Source of the DNA: Planctomycetota bacterium
GTDB lineage: Bacteria; Planctomycetota; PLA2; JAEUHO01
Length of the DNA: 64,000 nucleotides
Reading direction: 5' to 3'
NCBI GenBank assembly: GCA_965223505.1
Contig: CBDCWP010000026.1
Location: 108,782-172,781 of the forward strand
Made by a program: the position numbers and the translations under genes. Numbering within the stretch: position 1 is the stretch's first letter; each line of letters opens with the position of its first letter. Below, one piece after another: positions 38,084 to 48,296 of the stretch. A model generated the notes under the pieces. It worked only from the letters and a program-made list of their open reading frames with translations. It did no database searches and was not told the origin of the DNA.

Positions 38084-39571
38084 ATGCCCATCCGCCCCCA
38101 CCTCCCTGCCTTGCTCCTCGCGCTGCTCCTGGTGCCGGCCTGCGGCCTCGGCGACTTCCCGACCTTCAGCTTTCCAGGTCCGGTGCGCAAGGCCGGCAGC
38201 GCGCTCTCGGATCGGGCAGTGGACGTGGCGTGCCATGTCGATGGGTGCATCAGCGTCACGGGCACGTTCGAAGGCACCGCCACGTTCGGCGCCGGGAGAA
38301 CGGCAACGACGCTCTCGGCGTCTGGGCAACGGGATGTGTTCGTTGCACGCTACGACGCGGCGATGGAGCTCGTGTGGGTCGTTCACGGCTCGGGCCCGAC
38401 CTTCGCAGACAGCTACGCGATCGCGGCGGGACCCGCGGGCTCGTGCGTCGTCGTCGGCGACTTCGACGACCAGATCACGTTCACGGGCAGCAACGGATTC
38501 GTGACGCAGACGAGCACCGGTCCGACGGATCGTGACGGATTCGTCGTGAGCATACTCGCCGACGGATCGCTCTCCTGGACGGATCACATCCACGGTGCCG
38601 ACTACCAGTCGGCTCGGGGCGTCGGCTTCGCGCCGGACACGCGCCTCTACGTGACCGGTTCGATGTCCGGCACGACCGTGATCGGCGACAACCACCCCGG
38701 TGAAGAGACGCTGCTGTCCTTCAGCGAGAAGACGGACATGTTCCTCGCCTGTTACGGGGGCGACGGGCTCATCCTATGGGCGACGCAGGCCGGGGGTGTC
38801 ATGGACGATGCCGGCAAGGCTGTCGTTGCTGACCCCGCAGGCGGCGCCGTCGTGGTCGGAGGGCAAAACGACAGTGCGGTGTTCGGGCTCCTCGAGCCGA
38901 ACGCCACGGTGCTGTCCACGATGGGTTCCAATGCCATGTTCGTGGCGCGATTCGCCAACGACGGCTCACTCGTCTGGGCCAAGGGGGCTAGCGGGACACT
39001 GCCGATCTTCGCCACGGATGTGGCTCTCCTCTCGGACGGCTCGGCCGCGCTGACCGGGTCCTTCCAGGGTGCCGCAACGTTCGGCGCAGGAACGCCCCAG
39101 CAAACGACCATGAGCGCGAGCGGCACCTTGGACCTCTATCTCGCTCGCTACCTGCCCGACGGCACGCTCTCGTGGGCTGAGCAAGCCGGAGGCGACGAGT
39201 ACGTCTTTGGAAACGGCATCGCGGTGGCTCCCGGCGACGCGCTCTACGTGACCGGTGGCGTGGAGGGCACGGCAACGTTCGGCGCGGGTCAGCCGGCGCA
39301 AACGACGCTCGGTGCCGGCCTCTTCTCCGACATCTATCTCGCGCGCTACGACAGCAACGGCTCGCTCGATTGGGTACGTTCAGCCGGAGGGGGCGCCATC
39401 GACACCGCCCACGGCGTCGCGCACACCTTCAGCGGGGGCGCTGCGGTCGTCGGATCGTTCAGCATGACCGCCACATGGGGCGCGGGCGCGCTCGACGTAG
39501 CGACGCTCACCGCCGAAGGCGGCCAGGACGCCTTCGTAGCCCGTTATGACCCCAACGGCTACCTGGATTAG
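38084..39571 (+). CDS. Beta-propeller (SBBP-like) repeat lipoprotein 2, paralog of the previous gene
   Basis: GGAG RBS; lipobox VPAC; same repeat units (DVFVARYDAAM shared). Confidence 0.85.
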   Translation: MPIRPHLPALLLALLLVPACGLGDFPTFSFPGPVRKAGSALSDRAVDVACHVDGCISVTGTFEGTATFGAGRTATTLSASGQRDVFVARYDAAMELVWVVHGSGPTFADSYAIAAGPAGSCVVVGDFDDQITFTGSNGFVTQTSTGPTDRDGFVVSILADGSLSWTDHIHGADYQSARGVGFAPDTRLYVTGSMSGTTVIGDNHPGEETLLSFSEKTDMFLACYGGDGLILWATQAGGVMDDAGKAVVADPAGGAVVVGGQNDSAVFGLLEPNATVLSTMGSNAMFVARFANDGSLVWAKGASGTLPIFATDVALLSDGSAALTGSFQGAATFGAGTPQQTTMSASGTLDLYLARYLPDGTLSWAEQAGGDEYVFGNGIAVAPGDALYVTGGVEGTATFGAGQPAQTTLGAGLFSDIYLARYDSNGSLDWVRSAGGGAIDTAHGVAHTFSGGAAVVGSFSMTATWGAGALDVATLTAEGGQDAFVARYDPNGYLD

Positions 39572-39916
39572 ATACCGAGCCCGTTTGTAGATACCGAGCC
39601 CGGCTTTTCTGTTTGATATTCGATCTACGAGAGCCGCCCGGTGTGAACCCCGTAGCGCCCCGGTGAGCACGAAGCGGCCACGGAAGAGAGCCGACGATCG
39701 AGGTCGATGATCGCTAGGCAGGCCCGACGCCTGCTCAGGGGGATGGAGACACCGAGTGCGTCGGTCGCGCACCTCTCGTCGAATGTCGTGGGAGTTCACC
39801 GCACTCAGTCCCGGCGGGCCGGGAACTGATCATGAGACCAGCTGGTCTCGTTACAGCCCGGTACTCCCATACCTCGCACCGCGTGACCACCCAGGCCGCT
39901 CGTGCGATGATGGCAC

Positions 39917-40438
39917 ATGACAACCATGACCACCCTCTTCACACGCGCTCAATACAACCTGCTTCCTGAGGGCTTCCCGGCCCAACTCGTCGAGGGCATG
40001 CTCGTCCGTGAGCCGGCGCCGACGTATGGGCACCAGTACATCGCGAGCCGCCTGCACGCCCAACTCGTGAAGCTGGTTGGCCCCGATCGTGCGCTCACGG
40101 GGCCCGTTGACGTCGTCATCGACGAGGTCAACGTCTACCAGCCCGACTTGGTCGTGCTCGCTCGGCCGACTGATCCTGCACAAAGCAGTGTCGGCATCCC
40201 TTTGATTGCAATCGAGGTATTGTCGCCCTCCAGTCGCAAGCGCGATCGTGAGGTGAAACGCCATCGTCTCCTGGCGGCCGGTGTGCGCGAGGTCTGGCTC
40301 GTCGACCCGCAGGTACGTGCGATCGAACGCTGGAACGTCGACGGCATGCGGGAAGCCACAGGTCGCTCTTCGTTGTCCTCCGACGCCGTCGAAGGGTTCT
40401 CATTGACACCCGACGAGCTACTCTCGCCGCCGCGATAG
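39917..40438 (+). CDS. Uma2/DUF820 family PD-(D/E)XK endonuclease
   Basis: QPDLVV, IEVLSPSS, DREVK, GVREVWLVDP. Confidence 0.9.
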   Translation: MTTMTTLFTRAQYNLLPEGFPAQLVEGMLVREPAPTYGHQYIASRLHAQLVKLVGPDRALTGPVDVVIDEVNVYQPDLVVLARPTDPAQSSVGIPLIAIEVLSPSSRKRDREVKRHRLLAAGVREVWLVDPQVRAIERWNVDGMREATGRSSLSSDAVEGFSLTPDELLSPPR

Positions 40439-40469
40439 AGCAGAGTCGGGAGTCGTAGAATGCTCACCC

Positions 40470-40760
40470 ATGACGTCAGATTCTCATCGCGTCCGGGAGT
40501 TGGTCGATCGCGGCAGGGTTTTCGCACGAGACCTCGCCGCGTCCGTGCCCGGATACCCGATGTATCCGGCAATCCTTCGGGATTTGGATAGGATCGCGTC
40601 CTACCCGCTACCGGGGGCCGCCGCTGAGGCAAGCAGGATCGCCGACGGTCTCGGGGTCTTGGCCGCTCGGGAACTAGACGCGGCAACGGGACCGGCGGCA
40701 CAGTTGGCGCAGACGCTCCACGGCTTGTCTGGAGCGCTCCGCCGATTGCGATCAGTGTGA
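40470..40760 (+). CDS. Hypothetical protein
   Basis: 96-aa helical ORF following Uma2. Confidence 0.45.
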   Translation: MTSDSHRVRELVDRGRVFARDLAASVPGYPMYPAILRDLDRIASYPLPGAAAEASRIADGLGVLAARELDAATGPAAQLAQTLHGLSGALRRLRSV

Positions 40761-40883
40761 CGTAGCGCGCGGGCTGGCGTCAGCCTATCGGGCCGCGCGC
40801 TGCAGAGTGAGTACCGAGCCGGAGCAGAGAGTCACCGACCGAGTTCACAGGCGCGAATGGTGAGTAGTTGCTCTTGCTCCGTA

Positions 40884-41288
40884 CTATGCCCTGAAGCTAT
40901 CGCGAAGCGCAGTTAGGCCAGCGTCGTAGACGCCCTTGATCACGGCGATCGTGTCTTCAGGCGAATCGGCGGTCACCTCGAAGCCCGAGGCCCACTCCAC
41001 GGAGCAGCCACCCTCCGCGTCCACAACCCTCAGCGTGGCAAGGTACTCGCTCAGAGGCAGCGGGCTCTCGACAATCCGGTAGGTGTAGGACCGATTGGCC
41101 TCGTCGATCTCATCGATCTGCTCATCGATAAGGGCCCCGTCAGCCAGTGTGCAAAGACGGCGGGTGCCGTCCAGCGAACTCTTGGACACGACCGGGTGCC
41201 ACTCACTGATGGCGCCGGGATCGCCGATTGCGGACCAAACTCGTTCGGGTGTTGCAGAGATGTGTGTGGACACGCTGACGGTATGCAC
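40884..41288 (-). CDS. SRPBCC/polyketide cyclase-like protein
   Basis: ATPERVWSAIGD...WHP, RSYTYRIVESPLP. Confidence 0.88.
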   Translation of the reverse strand: MHTVSVSTHISATPERVWSAIGDPGAISEWHPVVSKSSLDGTRRLCTLADGALIDEQIDEIDEANRSYTYRIVESPLPLSEYLATLRVVDAEGGCSVEWASGFEVTADSPEDTIAVIKGVYDAGLTALRDSFRA

Positions 41289-41491
41289 CTGGGGCTCCTA
41301 TTGGATACGAATCTCCGCGAAGTTACCTCGGAGCCCACTCGCGCCTCAAGAGCCAAACGGGTCCCATCGCATCACGCCAAGGATCAGTGCGAACGCGCGG
41401 AGCCGGGACTTGCAGCCCACCCCCGAGCCTGCATAGATTGCGCGGCGTCGCACATTCCCCGCGATGCGGCCGCCGCGCCGAGAGGAGCAAC

Positions 41492-41908
41492 ATGAGCACG
41501 ATCAGGACCCAGGCCGAGAAGTTCTTTGAGGCGTGTGAGACGGGCAAGGGCTGGGAGACATGCCACGAGTTCTGCCACCCGAATGCGAGCTTCTCCTGCC
41601 AGGCGGGCGCGTTGGCCGACGCGAGCACGCTCGAGAGCTACACGGACTGGATGAAGGGCCTTTTCACCCCAATTCCCGACGGCAGCTACGAAGTCAAGTC
41701 GTTCGCCGTGGACGAGCAGCGGGGCAACGTCACGGCGTTCGGTGTATTCCGCGGGACGCAGACCGGAGAAGGCGGGCCGGTTCCACCCACGGGCAACAGC
41801 GTCGAATCCGAGTACGTCTACGTCATGGAGTTCGACGGAGACCGCATCCGTCACATGACGAAAGTCTGGAACGACGCCGCGTGTCTTGCACAGCTCGGCT
41901 GGACATAG
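41492..41908 (+). CDS. SnoaL-like ester cyclase (NTF2 fold)
   Basis: GAGGAG RBS; FRGTQTGEGGPVPPTG, YVYVMEFDGDRIRHMTKVWND. Confidence 0.88.
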   Translation: MSTIRTQAEKFFEACETGKGWETCHEFCHPNASFSCQAGALADASTLESYTDWMKGLFTPIPDGSYEVKSFAVDEQRGNVTAFGVFRGTQTGEGGPVPPTGNSVESEYVYVMEFDGDRIRHMTKVWNDAACLAQLGWT

Positions 41909-42555
41909 TCGGCTCAGAGCGCGCGTGCGATGCGGGACATCGTCAGAGAGCGCATGGAGATCAAGAGAATCAAACGTGGCGATCAGTCAACGCCATGCGC
42001 CTGAGACCCTCGGCCTTCCGTTCGGTCATTCCGACGCACACCTCGATTCGACCGAACCGGTTTTGTGATTTGTGAACTTCACTATGAGTGCGCACCGCAT
42101 TCACTAGAGTCGAGCGGTGCGTCAGCAGTCTCTCGAATTCGTTCGAGTCCTCCGAGCAGGTTTAGCGACTCTTTGGGGAAGTGGCTGCTGGCGCACTTTT
42201 TGCCTCCGCGCAAAGCACGGACCGATGACGAGCCATGCTCCACGACGCGTGACCTCGTTGCTGATTACGAGTTTGGGGATTGACGGCACTCCAACTCAGT
42301 ACTACGGTCGGATTCGCTAAACCTGCTCGGTGTCGACGAACGCGTTCGGGAGGGTTGGGGGATCTTCTCGGGCCGCTCTGAGCCGGCAGCCAAACCCACG
42401 CAAGCGTGGTCGGCCGGCCATGGCGAAACGCCAACGGTCGAACGTGCCGTGCGTGGGCCCAGCCTGAGACGCCCTTGCACCAAACACCGTGCTCGGATGC
42501 CTCAGGTGCAAGAGAAGGACCATTGGCGTCGCGTCTGACGCAGAGAGGAATCGCA

Positions 42556-43038
42556 ATGAGACTACGATGGGATTGGGTGTTTTTTGCAGTGAGCGTGTCC
42601 TTGACCTGTTGGGCAGGTCTTGCCGAGGCGGCCAACGAGGACTGTCAACTGGCGGTCGAGTGGGTCACGGACTCCGAAGGGAATCCGACGCACGTACGCA
42701 TGGCGGTGAAGGACTACACGCTCTTTCCGACGAACGTCACCTACGAGGGGTGTCCCGATATCATGTGCGAGGGAGAAGAGCCTGACGAATGCGCGTTGAT
42801 GGTTCAGACACCGAGCACGTATCACTGCAGTTGCGGTGGTGCGGACAGCCCCGGCTGCGAGACCTACTTCACCGCGAATTCGGCGCCCTACGGCGGGAAC
42901 TACTACTATGGGACCGTGTACTGCGCGAAGAACAGCGCGTGTTCCGGTACATGCGACAAGCAAGAGTCGCTCAGCCCGTGGTACACGTCGCTCGACGGCG
43001 CCATGGCCTGGATGAAGGTCGAGTGCGTCTGCAACTGA
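42556..43038 (+). CDS. Secreted Cys-rich protein (12 Cys in the mature part)
   Basis: GAGGA RBS, signal peptide ending AEA; ends ECVCN. Confidence 0.75.
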   Translation: MRLRWDWVFFAVSVSLTCWAGLAEAANEDCQLAVEWVTDSEGNPTHVRMAVKDYTLFPTNVTYEGCPDIMCEGEEPDECALMVQTPSTYHCSCGGADSPGCETYFTANSAPYGGNYYYGTVYCAKNSACSGTCDKQESLSPWYTSLDGAMAWMKVECVCN

Positions 43039-43044
43039 CCCCAT

Positions 43045-45168
43045 ATGACCCGGCGTGGAGGTCATGTCGTGTGGCTCCATAGGATCGCTCCGGTCACACT
43101 TGGAGCCGCGTGGCTCTTTTTCGGCTCTGCGAAAATGGCCTCCGGCGGGATCGCGAGGTCGCTGGAGACAGTGCTTCCGGCGACCTCCTTTGCGGTCGTA
43201 CTTGCGTGGGCGCTGGCCGGGTTGGAGATCTGCCTGGCGCTCACGCTCCTATTCGCCCCCCGTGGCCCCGCACGCTTCGCCGCGCTCGGATCCGGACTGT
43301 TGGCGATCGTGTTCGGCGTCTTCGTGGTCTCTTCCGAGCCGCAAAGCTGCTGGTGCGCGGGACGCGTAGTCGCCTTCGACGTCGTCGAGCACTCCTTGGT
43401 CGTCGCAGCACTCGCGCTTCTTTCGGGACTGGCGTGGCGAGCTCTCGACCACGGGGAGAGGGCGCTGCGCGCCCGAGCCGTTTCAGGGGTCGCGGTCGCG
43501 GGAGCGATCGCACTCTGGCTCGTCTGGGCTCCGGCATCGAACGACGATTCACACGCGACGGCTGCTGCCGACGCCGGCGCCGCGACGGCATCACCCACGT
43601 CCGAACGACCGCTGTTGATTTCGCCGGATCCAGCGAAGGCGTCCGACGCATTGACCGAGGGGAACGGCCCGACGGACGAAACGGCTGGGATTCACGGCTT
43701 CGTCGTCTCCGCTACCGACGCCTCCCCCGTCGCCGGCGCAATCGTGCTGGAGCAGGTCGACGACGACGCGGTCGCCTCGCGAAGCGGTGAGGACGGATCG
43801 TGGTCGATGCAGCGTGCCGCCGGCGATCGCGCCGTGGGCGTTCGACTCGCCGCGTGGGCACAGGGATACCTGCCGTACGTCGCGGCCGACGCCGTCATCC
43901 CCACCGACGCACCGATCTTCATCCGTCTCGAACAAGGCAAGACCATCTCCGGGAAGACCATCGATCAGTTCGCCCGGCCTCTTCCTGATGCACGTGTCGT
44001 GGCGCAGGGCGCATTGGCAGCCGACTTCCTCGAAACGCCGGTGCGTGTGCTCGGCCATGGGAACGTGCCGCGCTTCGGCTCTGCCACGTCGAATGAAGAC
44101 GGCGAGTTCCGGATAACCGGTTTGGCGCACGGTACGTACCGCCTCTTCGTGTATCCGGAAGGCGACGTTCGCTCGGCGATGGCCACGGGCGGGGTCGAGG
44201 TCCGTGCGGGCGAGGCCGACGTCGTCCTCACGGTCACGGTCGTTGATCGATTGCGCGTGCGGGCGGTCGACGCGAAGACAGGAGAGGTCATTCCCTACGC
44301 GGACATTCAGATCAGCATCCGGAAGTGGGATCAGAAGAGTCTGCCGCACCCCGACCCGGCCGTTCGAACAGAGCTTCGCGCGGGAAGCGCCTACCCGTTT
44401 TCCGGATCGACGTCGATTGCGATGGCGGCACGGGATGCCGATCGCCCTTGGACGATCGAGGTGACCGCACAGGCGGTTGGGTATGAACGCAAGCGAGTGA
44501 GCGCGGCGTTGCGCGCCCGAGATGCGGACGCCCCGTTGGACGTTGCGTTGTCAGCGACGGACGGGCTCGGCGTCGAGATGATCCCGGTGACGGCCGTCTG
44601 GTCGAGCGGCCGGGTGTTCGACGGCATCTTGGATCTTCGGGTCGGCTCGCCCGCGAATCGACGTGGCTGGCCGCAGATTCCGATGGCGTTCCGCGACGGA
44701 CGCGCCGTCGGACGCCTGCCCGTACCGCGTGGCAGTGCGGTCGTCGAAGTCCGGGGGATGCGTGGCTCGCCGTACGGTGGCCCGGGCGTCGAGCAGGAGA
44801 TTCGCCTCGTGCCGTCCGACGGCATCGCAACGCCGAGGCACCTCGATCTCGTCCTGAAGGGAGCCGAGCTTCGCATTCGTGCGCGGGCGGGCGAGCACGG
44901 TGCTCTGCTGCGACGCTTCCTGCTCAACGTCGGCTCGCGCACGAGCGGCGGACCGCAAGGCGAGTTCGGAACCGAGGGTGGTCCCTTCAGCCTCACACGC
45001 CTCGTGCGCGAGCGCTTCTCTACGGGCATCTGCCTGCCGCCGGGCAAGCATCACCTTACGCTGCGCGCGTCGGGCTTCGAACACGTGTCACGCGACGTCG
45101 AGGTCGACGGCGAAGAGGATCTGATCCTCTGGGACGTGATCCTGCGCGCCGCCGGCGAGGACGGCTGA
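43045..45168 (+). CDS. MauE/DoxX-like membrane domain + carboxypeptidase-regulatory-like repeats
   Basis: WLFFGSAK, LEICLAL, SCWCAG (cf. the MauE CGCFG motif), several TMs; DGEFRITGLAHGTYRL beta-sandwich repeats. Confidence 0.7.
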   Translation: MTRRGGHVVWLHRIAPVTLGAAWLFFGSAKMASGGIARSLETVLPATSFAVVLAWALAGLEICLALTLLFAPRGPARFAALGSGLLAIVFGVFVVSSEPQSCWCAGRVVAFDVVEHSLVVAALALLSGLAWRALDHGERALRARAVSGVAVAGAIALWLVWAPASNDDSHATAAADAGAATASPTSERPLLISPDPAKASDALTEGNGPTDETAGIHGFVVSATDASPVAGAIVLEQVDDDAVASRSGEDGSWSMQRAAGDRAVGVRLAAWAQGYLPYVAADAVIPTDAPIFIRLEQGKTISGKTIDQFARPLPDARVVAQGALAADFLETPVRVLGHGNVPRFGSATSNEDGEFRITGLAHGTYRLFVYPEGDVRSAMATGGVEVRAGEADVVLTVTVVDRLRVRAVDAKTGEVIPYADIQISIRKWDQKSLPHPDPAVRTELRAGSAYPFSGSTSIAMAARDADRPWTIEVTAQAVGYERKRVSAALRARDADAPLDVALSATDGLGVEMIPVTAVWSSGRVFDGILDLRVGSPANRRGWPQIPMAFRDGRAVGRLPVPRGSAVVEVRGMRGSPYGGPGVEQEIRLVPSDGIATPRHLDLVLKGAELRIRARAGEHGALLRRFLLNVGSRTSGGPQGEFGTEGGPFSLTRLVRERFSTGICLPPGKHHLTLRASGFEHVSRDVEVDGEEDLILWDVILRAAGEDG

Positions 45169-45389
45169 CCCGGATGCAGGGTCGAGGTGTGGCGGCAGCG
45201 TGTCCCCCATCGAAGTCGTCTACGCGGCTCCGGTCGATTTAGTTCGTACGGCAGAACTCCGGTCGGCGGACCACGATGTGTTTGCGCTCGGCCCGGAGCG
45301 TGCCCAGCCACCTCCCGCTTCGTCCCGGACACGGAAAGCTGGTGATCCGAGCGCTTGGACGCTAGCCTCCGCGCACCAGGAGGAATCCC

Positions 45390-45515
45390 ATGAAGCTCGT
45401 TCGCAACATCGCCCTCGTCGCACTCGTCGTCTCGGCGTTCGCCTTCAGTGCCTGCAACAGCGGCGGAGCATGCTGCGACGCCTGCGGACAGGGCAACCCC
45501 TGCGAGTGCAGGTAG
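45390..45515 (+). CDS. Small Cys-rich lipoprotein, 41 aa (MKLVRNIALVALVVSAFAFSACNSGGACCDACGQGNPCECR)
   Basis: AGGAGG RBS, lipoprotein signal with lipobox FSAC; below the ORF-track cutoff. Confidence 0.75.
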   Translation: MKLVRNIALVALVVSAFAFSACNSGGACCDACGQGNPCECR

Positions 45516-46262
45516 CCGCACTCACCTCGGACGGATGCTAGACAACGTGCGGTGAGGGCGCGCCGCAGTCAGCGCCCTCCCTTGCGTGCCGCGGGCCTCG
45601 CCTCTGCGTTTTCCTGCGCGGCGAACGCGCGTACGAAGAGCGAGCGTTCGTACCGGTCATGAGGATAGGCAGCCAGGTGCACGAGGGTGTCCTGATGCCA
45701 GATCCCGCTCCCGAAGACGCCCGGACCTCGGACCGTCTTCGCCTTCACGTCGGTCTCGATCACGCTCTTCCGGCGCATAGTGCCAATAGGTCGCGAGCCG
45801 AATGCTCGATGGCATGTTTCGCGTCCTCACCCGTGGCGCTTCAGGATCAGCGGAAGGACCGCCGTCGTCGAGCCTCCCCGCGTCCAGGTGGGACGTTCGC
45901 AAAGCGCAGTGCGGAACGCCATCGCTTTCCCCGAAGGTCCGCTCGGCCACCTGCGTGGCATTGGTCAGGTCCGCGGAAATGACAACGCGGCCGTGGAGGA
46001 CGACGATGGTGCTTCCGTACTACACGCCGCGGCCGGGGCCCATCTTCTGCGGCGACGCCCGCCGACATCGGTGTGAATCCCGCTCCCGAGGCGGCGGAAA
46101 CACCTGGTGTGTACGCTCTACACACCCTGCAGGCGCCACGCGCGCACCCCCGATTCTTCTGGGCTTGGCACACGTCATGCGTAGCTACGCGGCGAGAACG
46201 GACGCTCGTTCGTTGCGCCGCATCACGGCGCTCCGCGACGTCCCGAACAATGGGAGCCTGTC

Positions 46263-47072
46263 ATGAAGGTCAAGAGGCCACGAATCGTGTTCGCCGTCGC
46301 CGCCGCGGCGGCCCTGATGGTCATCGCGCCCGCGTGGGCGCAGGAGGACGCCGCGATCCCCGCGCCGTCCGCAATCGATGCGGACTGTCGCATCGAGGTC
46401 CTGCCCGCGCACACCCGCCGGATGTCACGCACGATCGAAGTTCCGCCGGTCGTGTGCGAGCGGCAGGTGCCGCGCTACGAGACGGTGCGCGTTCCCGTGT
46501 ACGAGACGCGGCGCGTGCCCGTGTTCAAGACGGTCGACCGGCCGGTGTTCGAAGAGCGAGAGGTCCCCGTCTACAAGACCGAGCGTGTCCCCGTGTGGGG
46601 TGAGAAGGAAGTGACGACGTACCACGAGGTGCGTACGCCGGTCACGATCAAGCTGTGGAGCCCGTTCAAGTGCGAGGACCGCTGCATCGAGCTTTGGGAC
46701 AAGTGCGAGAAGGTCCCGAGCGGCACCGCCGTCGTTCCTGCGATCGTCGACTACGAGGAGCGTCAGGTCGAATGCGGCCGTCGAATCGAGCGCGTGCAGG
46801 TCGGCACCGAGCCGGAGCGCGTTCTTTGCGGGTACGAGACGGTGCGCGAGCAAGTCGGCGAACGCGAGGAGCAGCGCCTGGCCGGTTTCGAGTCGCAGAG
46901 CGTGGTCGTCAAGCCCGCTTCCGTACGCACGGTGACGGACTGCGTCGAGGTGCCGCGTGAGCGCGTGACGGTCATCCCCGACGGTACGCACCGCGACACG
47001 CCGCTCGAAGGCACGAATCGGGTCCTGACCGAGTCGGAGTACCGCTCGACGCTGGCCGACACGACCCGGTAG
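46263..47072 (+). CDS. Secreted Val/Pro/Glu-rich repeat protein
   Basis: GGGAG RBS, signal peptide; 8-residue repeats RVPVYETR / RVPVFKTV / EVPVYKTE. Confidence 0.75.
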   Translation: MKVKRPRIVFAVAAAAALMVIAPAWAQEDAAIPAPSAIDADCRIEVLPAHTRRMSRTIEVPPVVCERQVPRYETVRVPVYETRRVPVFKTVDRPVFEEREVPVYKTERVPVWGEKEVTTYHEVRTPVTIKLWSPFKCEDRCIELWDKCEKVPSGTAVVPAIVDYEERQVECGRRIERVQVGTEPERVLCGYETVREQVGEREEQRLAGFESQSVVVKPASVRTVTDCVEVPRERVTVIPDGTHRDTPLEGTNRVLTESEYRSTLADTTR

Positions 47073-47115
47073 CACCAACGGATTCCCCTCGCGCGGCTTC
47101 GCCGCGCAGCACCCC

Positions 47116-47152
47116 CGGCCGCGACCGATCCGTCGGTCGCGGCCGTTTCTTT
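47116..47152 (+). terminator. Intrinsic terminator
   Basis: 13-bp stem CGGCCGCGACCGA-TCCG-TCGGTCGCGGCCG followed by TTTCTTT. Confidence 0.8.
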
Positions 47153-47168
47153 GCGCACCTGAATCGCA

Positions 47169-48212
47169 CTACTTCGCCGGCGGCTTGGCCCAGCTCTCCG
47201 CGGCCCACGTCTGTCCGTCCCACATGCGGATGCCCCGCGTGTTCCAGATGACGATCAAGGGCGACGGGCGACCGTGGAAGTATGCGACGCCTCGCCGCTC
47301 CGTGTTGAAGAAGCTCGTCAACACGTTCGGCGTCGCCGCGGCGTGCAGCTCGACCGGCTTCGATCCGTCGAACGCGAACAACCTCGACGGTCCCGGACCG
47401 CCGTCGGGCATCACGCTGTGCGCTCGCCCTTTTGCGAAGGCGAAGACCTGGTGCCCGTACGGAAGGTCCGTGACCTTGCCCGTCTCCGTATCGACGACCT
47501 TCTTCCTGCCCGCCACGTACCGCCCGTCGAACGCTCGGATCGAGCCCACCGCAGGAAAGGAACGCGACGTCTTCGTCTTCAGGTCGAACACCGACGTCGC
47601 GAAGGCGATCTTCGAACCGACACGGAAGAACGGCCAGTGCGTATTGCAGTACACGCCCCTCTCGTCCGTGATCGGGACGCGCTTCTTCATCTGCGGCGTC
47701 GTGCCCTCGAGCGGAACCCAGTAGAGCGGGAAGTAGGCCATCGAGCGCCAGGGTTGCACGACGAGGCCTTCCGGGTCCGCGTATCGCGCGAACGCCTCCG
47801 TGGTCCCGCTGCCGGGCACAGGCGGCATGTCGAACGTCGCCTCGTGCCGTAGGACGTTGCTCATCACCGGGGCGTCGGGTGCGACCCACCAGACCTGCCG
47901 GCCGTAGTGGAACATCAGCGTTCCGTCCTTCAGCACGGTTGCGACCTTCAGCGGGTAGTGGTTGACGAACTCGGCGCGCAGGACCGCCTTGGCGTCGCTC
48001 GTTCGCTGCGTCCAATACCAGTAGCGACTGTGGCCTCCGCGAAGCTGCGACGGGATGCGCTCGGACTTCGCCCAGACGACGAATTCGTCGGTCACGTGGA
48101 CGGGCTCGGCTTTCGGTGGCGCGAAGGCGGGCCGAAACACCTCGGCCTTTTCGTCACCCCAAGCGAGCGGGGCACCGAGGCACAGCAAGACCAGGAGAAG
48201 ACGCGGGACCAT
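47169..48212 (-). CDS. Secreted hypothetical protein
   Basis: Signal peptide ...LAWG; beta-rich composition. Confidence 0.65.
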   Translation of the reverse strand: MVPRLLLVLLCLGAPLAWGDEKAEVFRPAFAPPKAEPVHVTDEFVVWAKSERIPSQLRGGHSRYWYWTQRTSDAKAVLRAEFVNHYPLKVATVLKDGTLMFHYGRQVWWVAPDAPVMSNVLRHEATFDMPPVPGSGTTEAFARYADPEGLVVQPWRSMAYFPLYWVPLEGTTPQMKKRVPITDERGVYCNTHWPFFRVGSKIAFATSVFDLKTKTSRSFPAVGSIRAFDGRYVAGRKKVVDTETGKVTDLPYGHQVFAFAKGRAHSVMPDGGPGPSRLFAFDGSKPVELHAAATPNVLTSFFNTERRGVAYFHGRPSPLIVIWNTRGIRMWDGQTWAAESWAKPPAK

Positions 48213-48296
48213 GCAAGGGTTTGAACGAGCCGCGCCGTTCGGCCGCCGTCCAAAACTCGACGGCCCCCGCGCTCCGACGGCCTTTCGGCCCGCCTC

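Noticed and set aside
39569..39602. 15-bp direct repeat TAGATACCGAGCCCG at the end of propeller gene 2
   Set aside because: Only two copies 4 nt apart; likely a local duplication, with no support for function.
42556..43038. Methylamine dehydrogenase small subunit (MauA)
   Set aside because: No similarity to MauA motifs, no Tat signal, and no mauB/mauG nearby.
45569..45950. Minus-strand ORF fragments (possible decayed gene)
   Set aside because: Short, split across frames, and no family could be supported.
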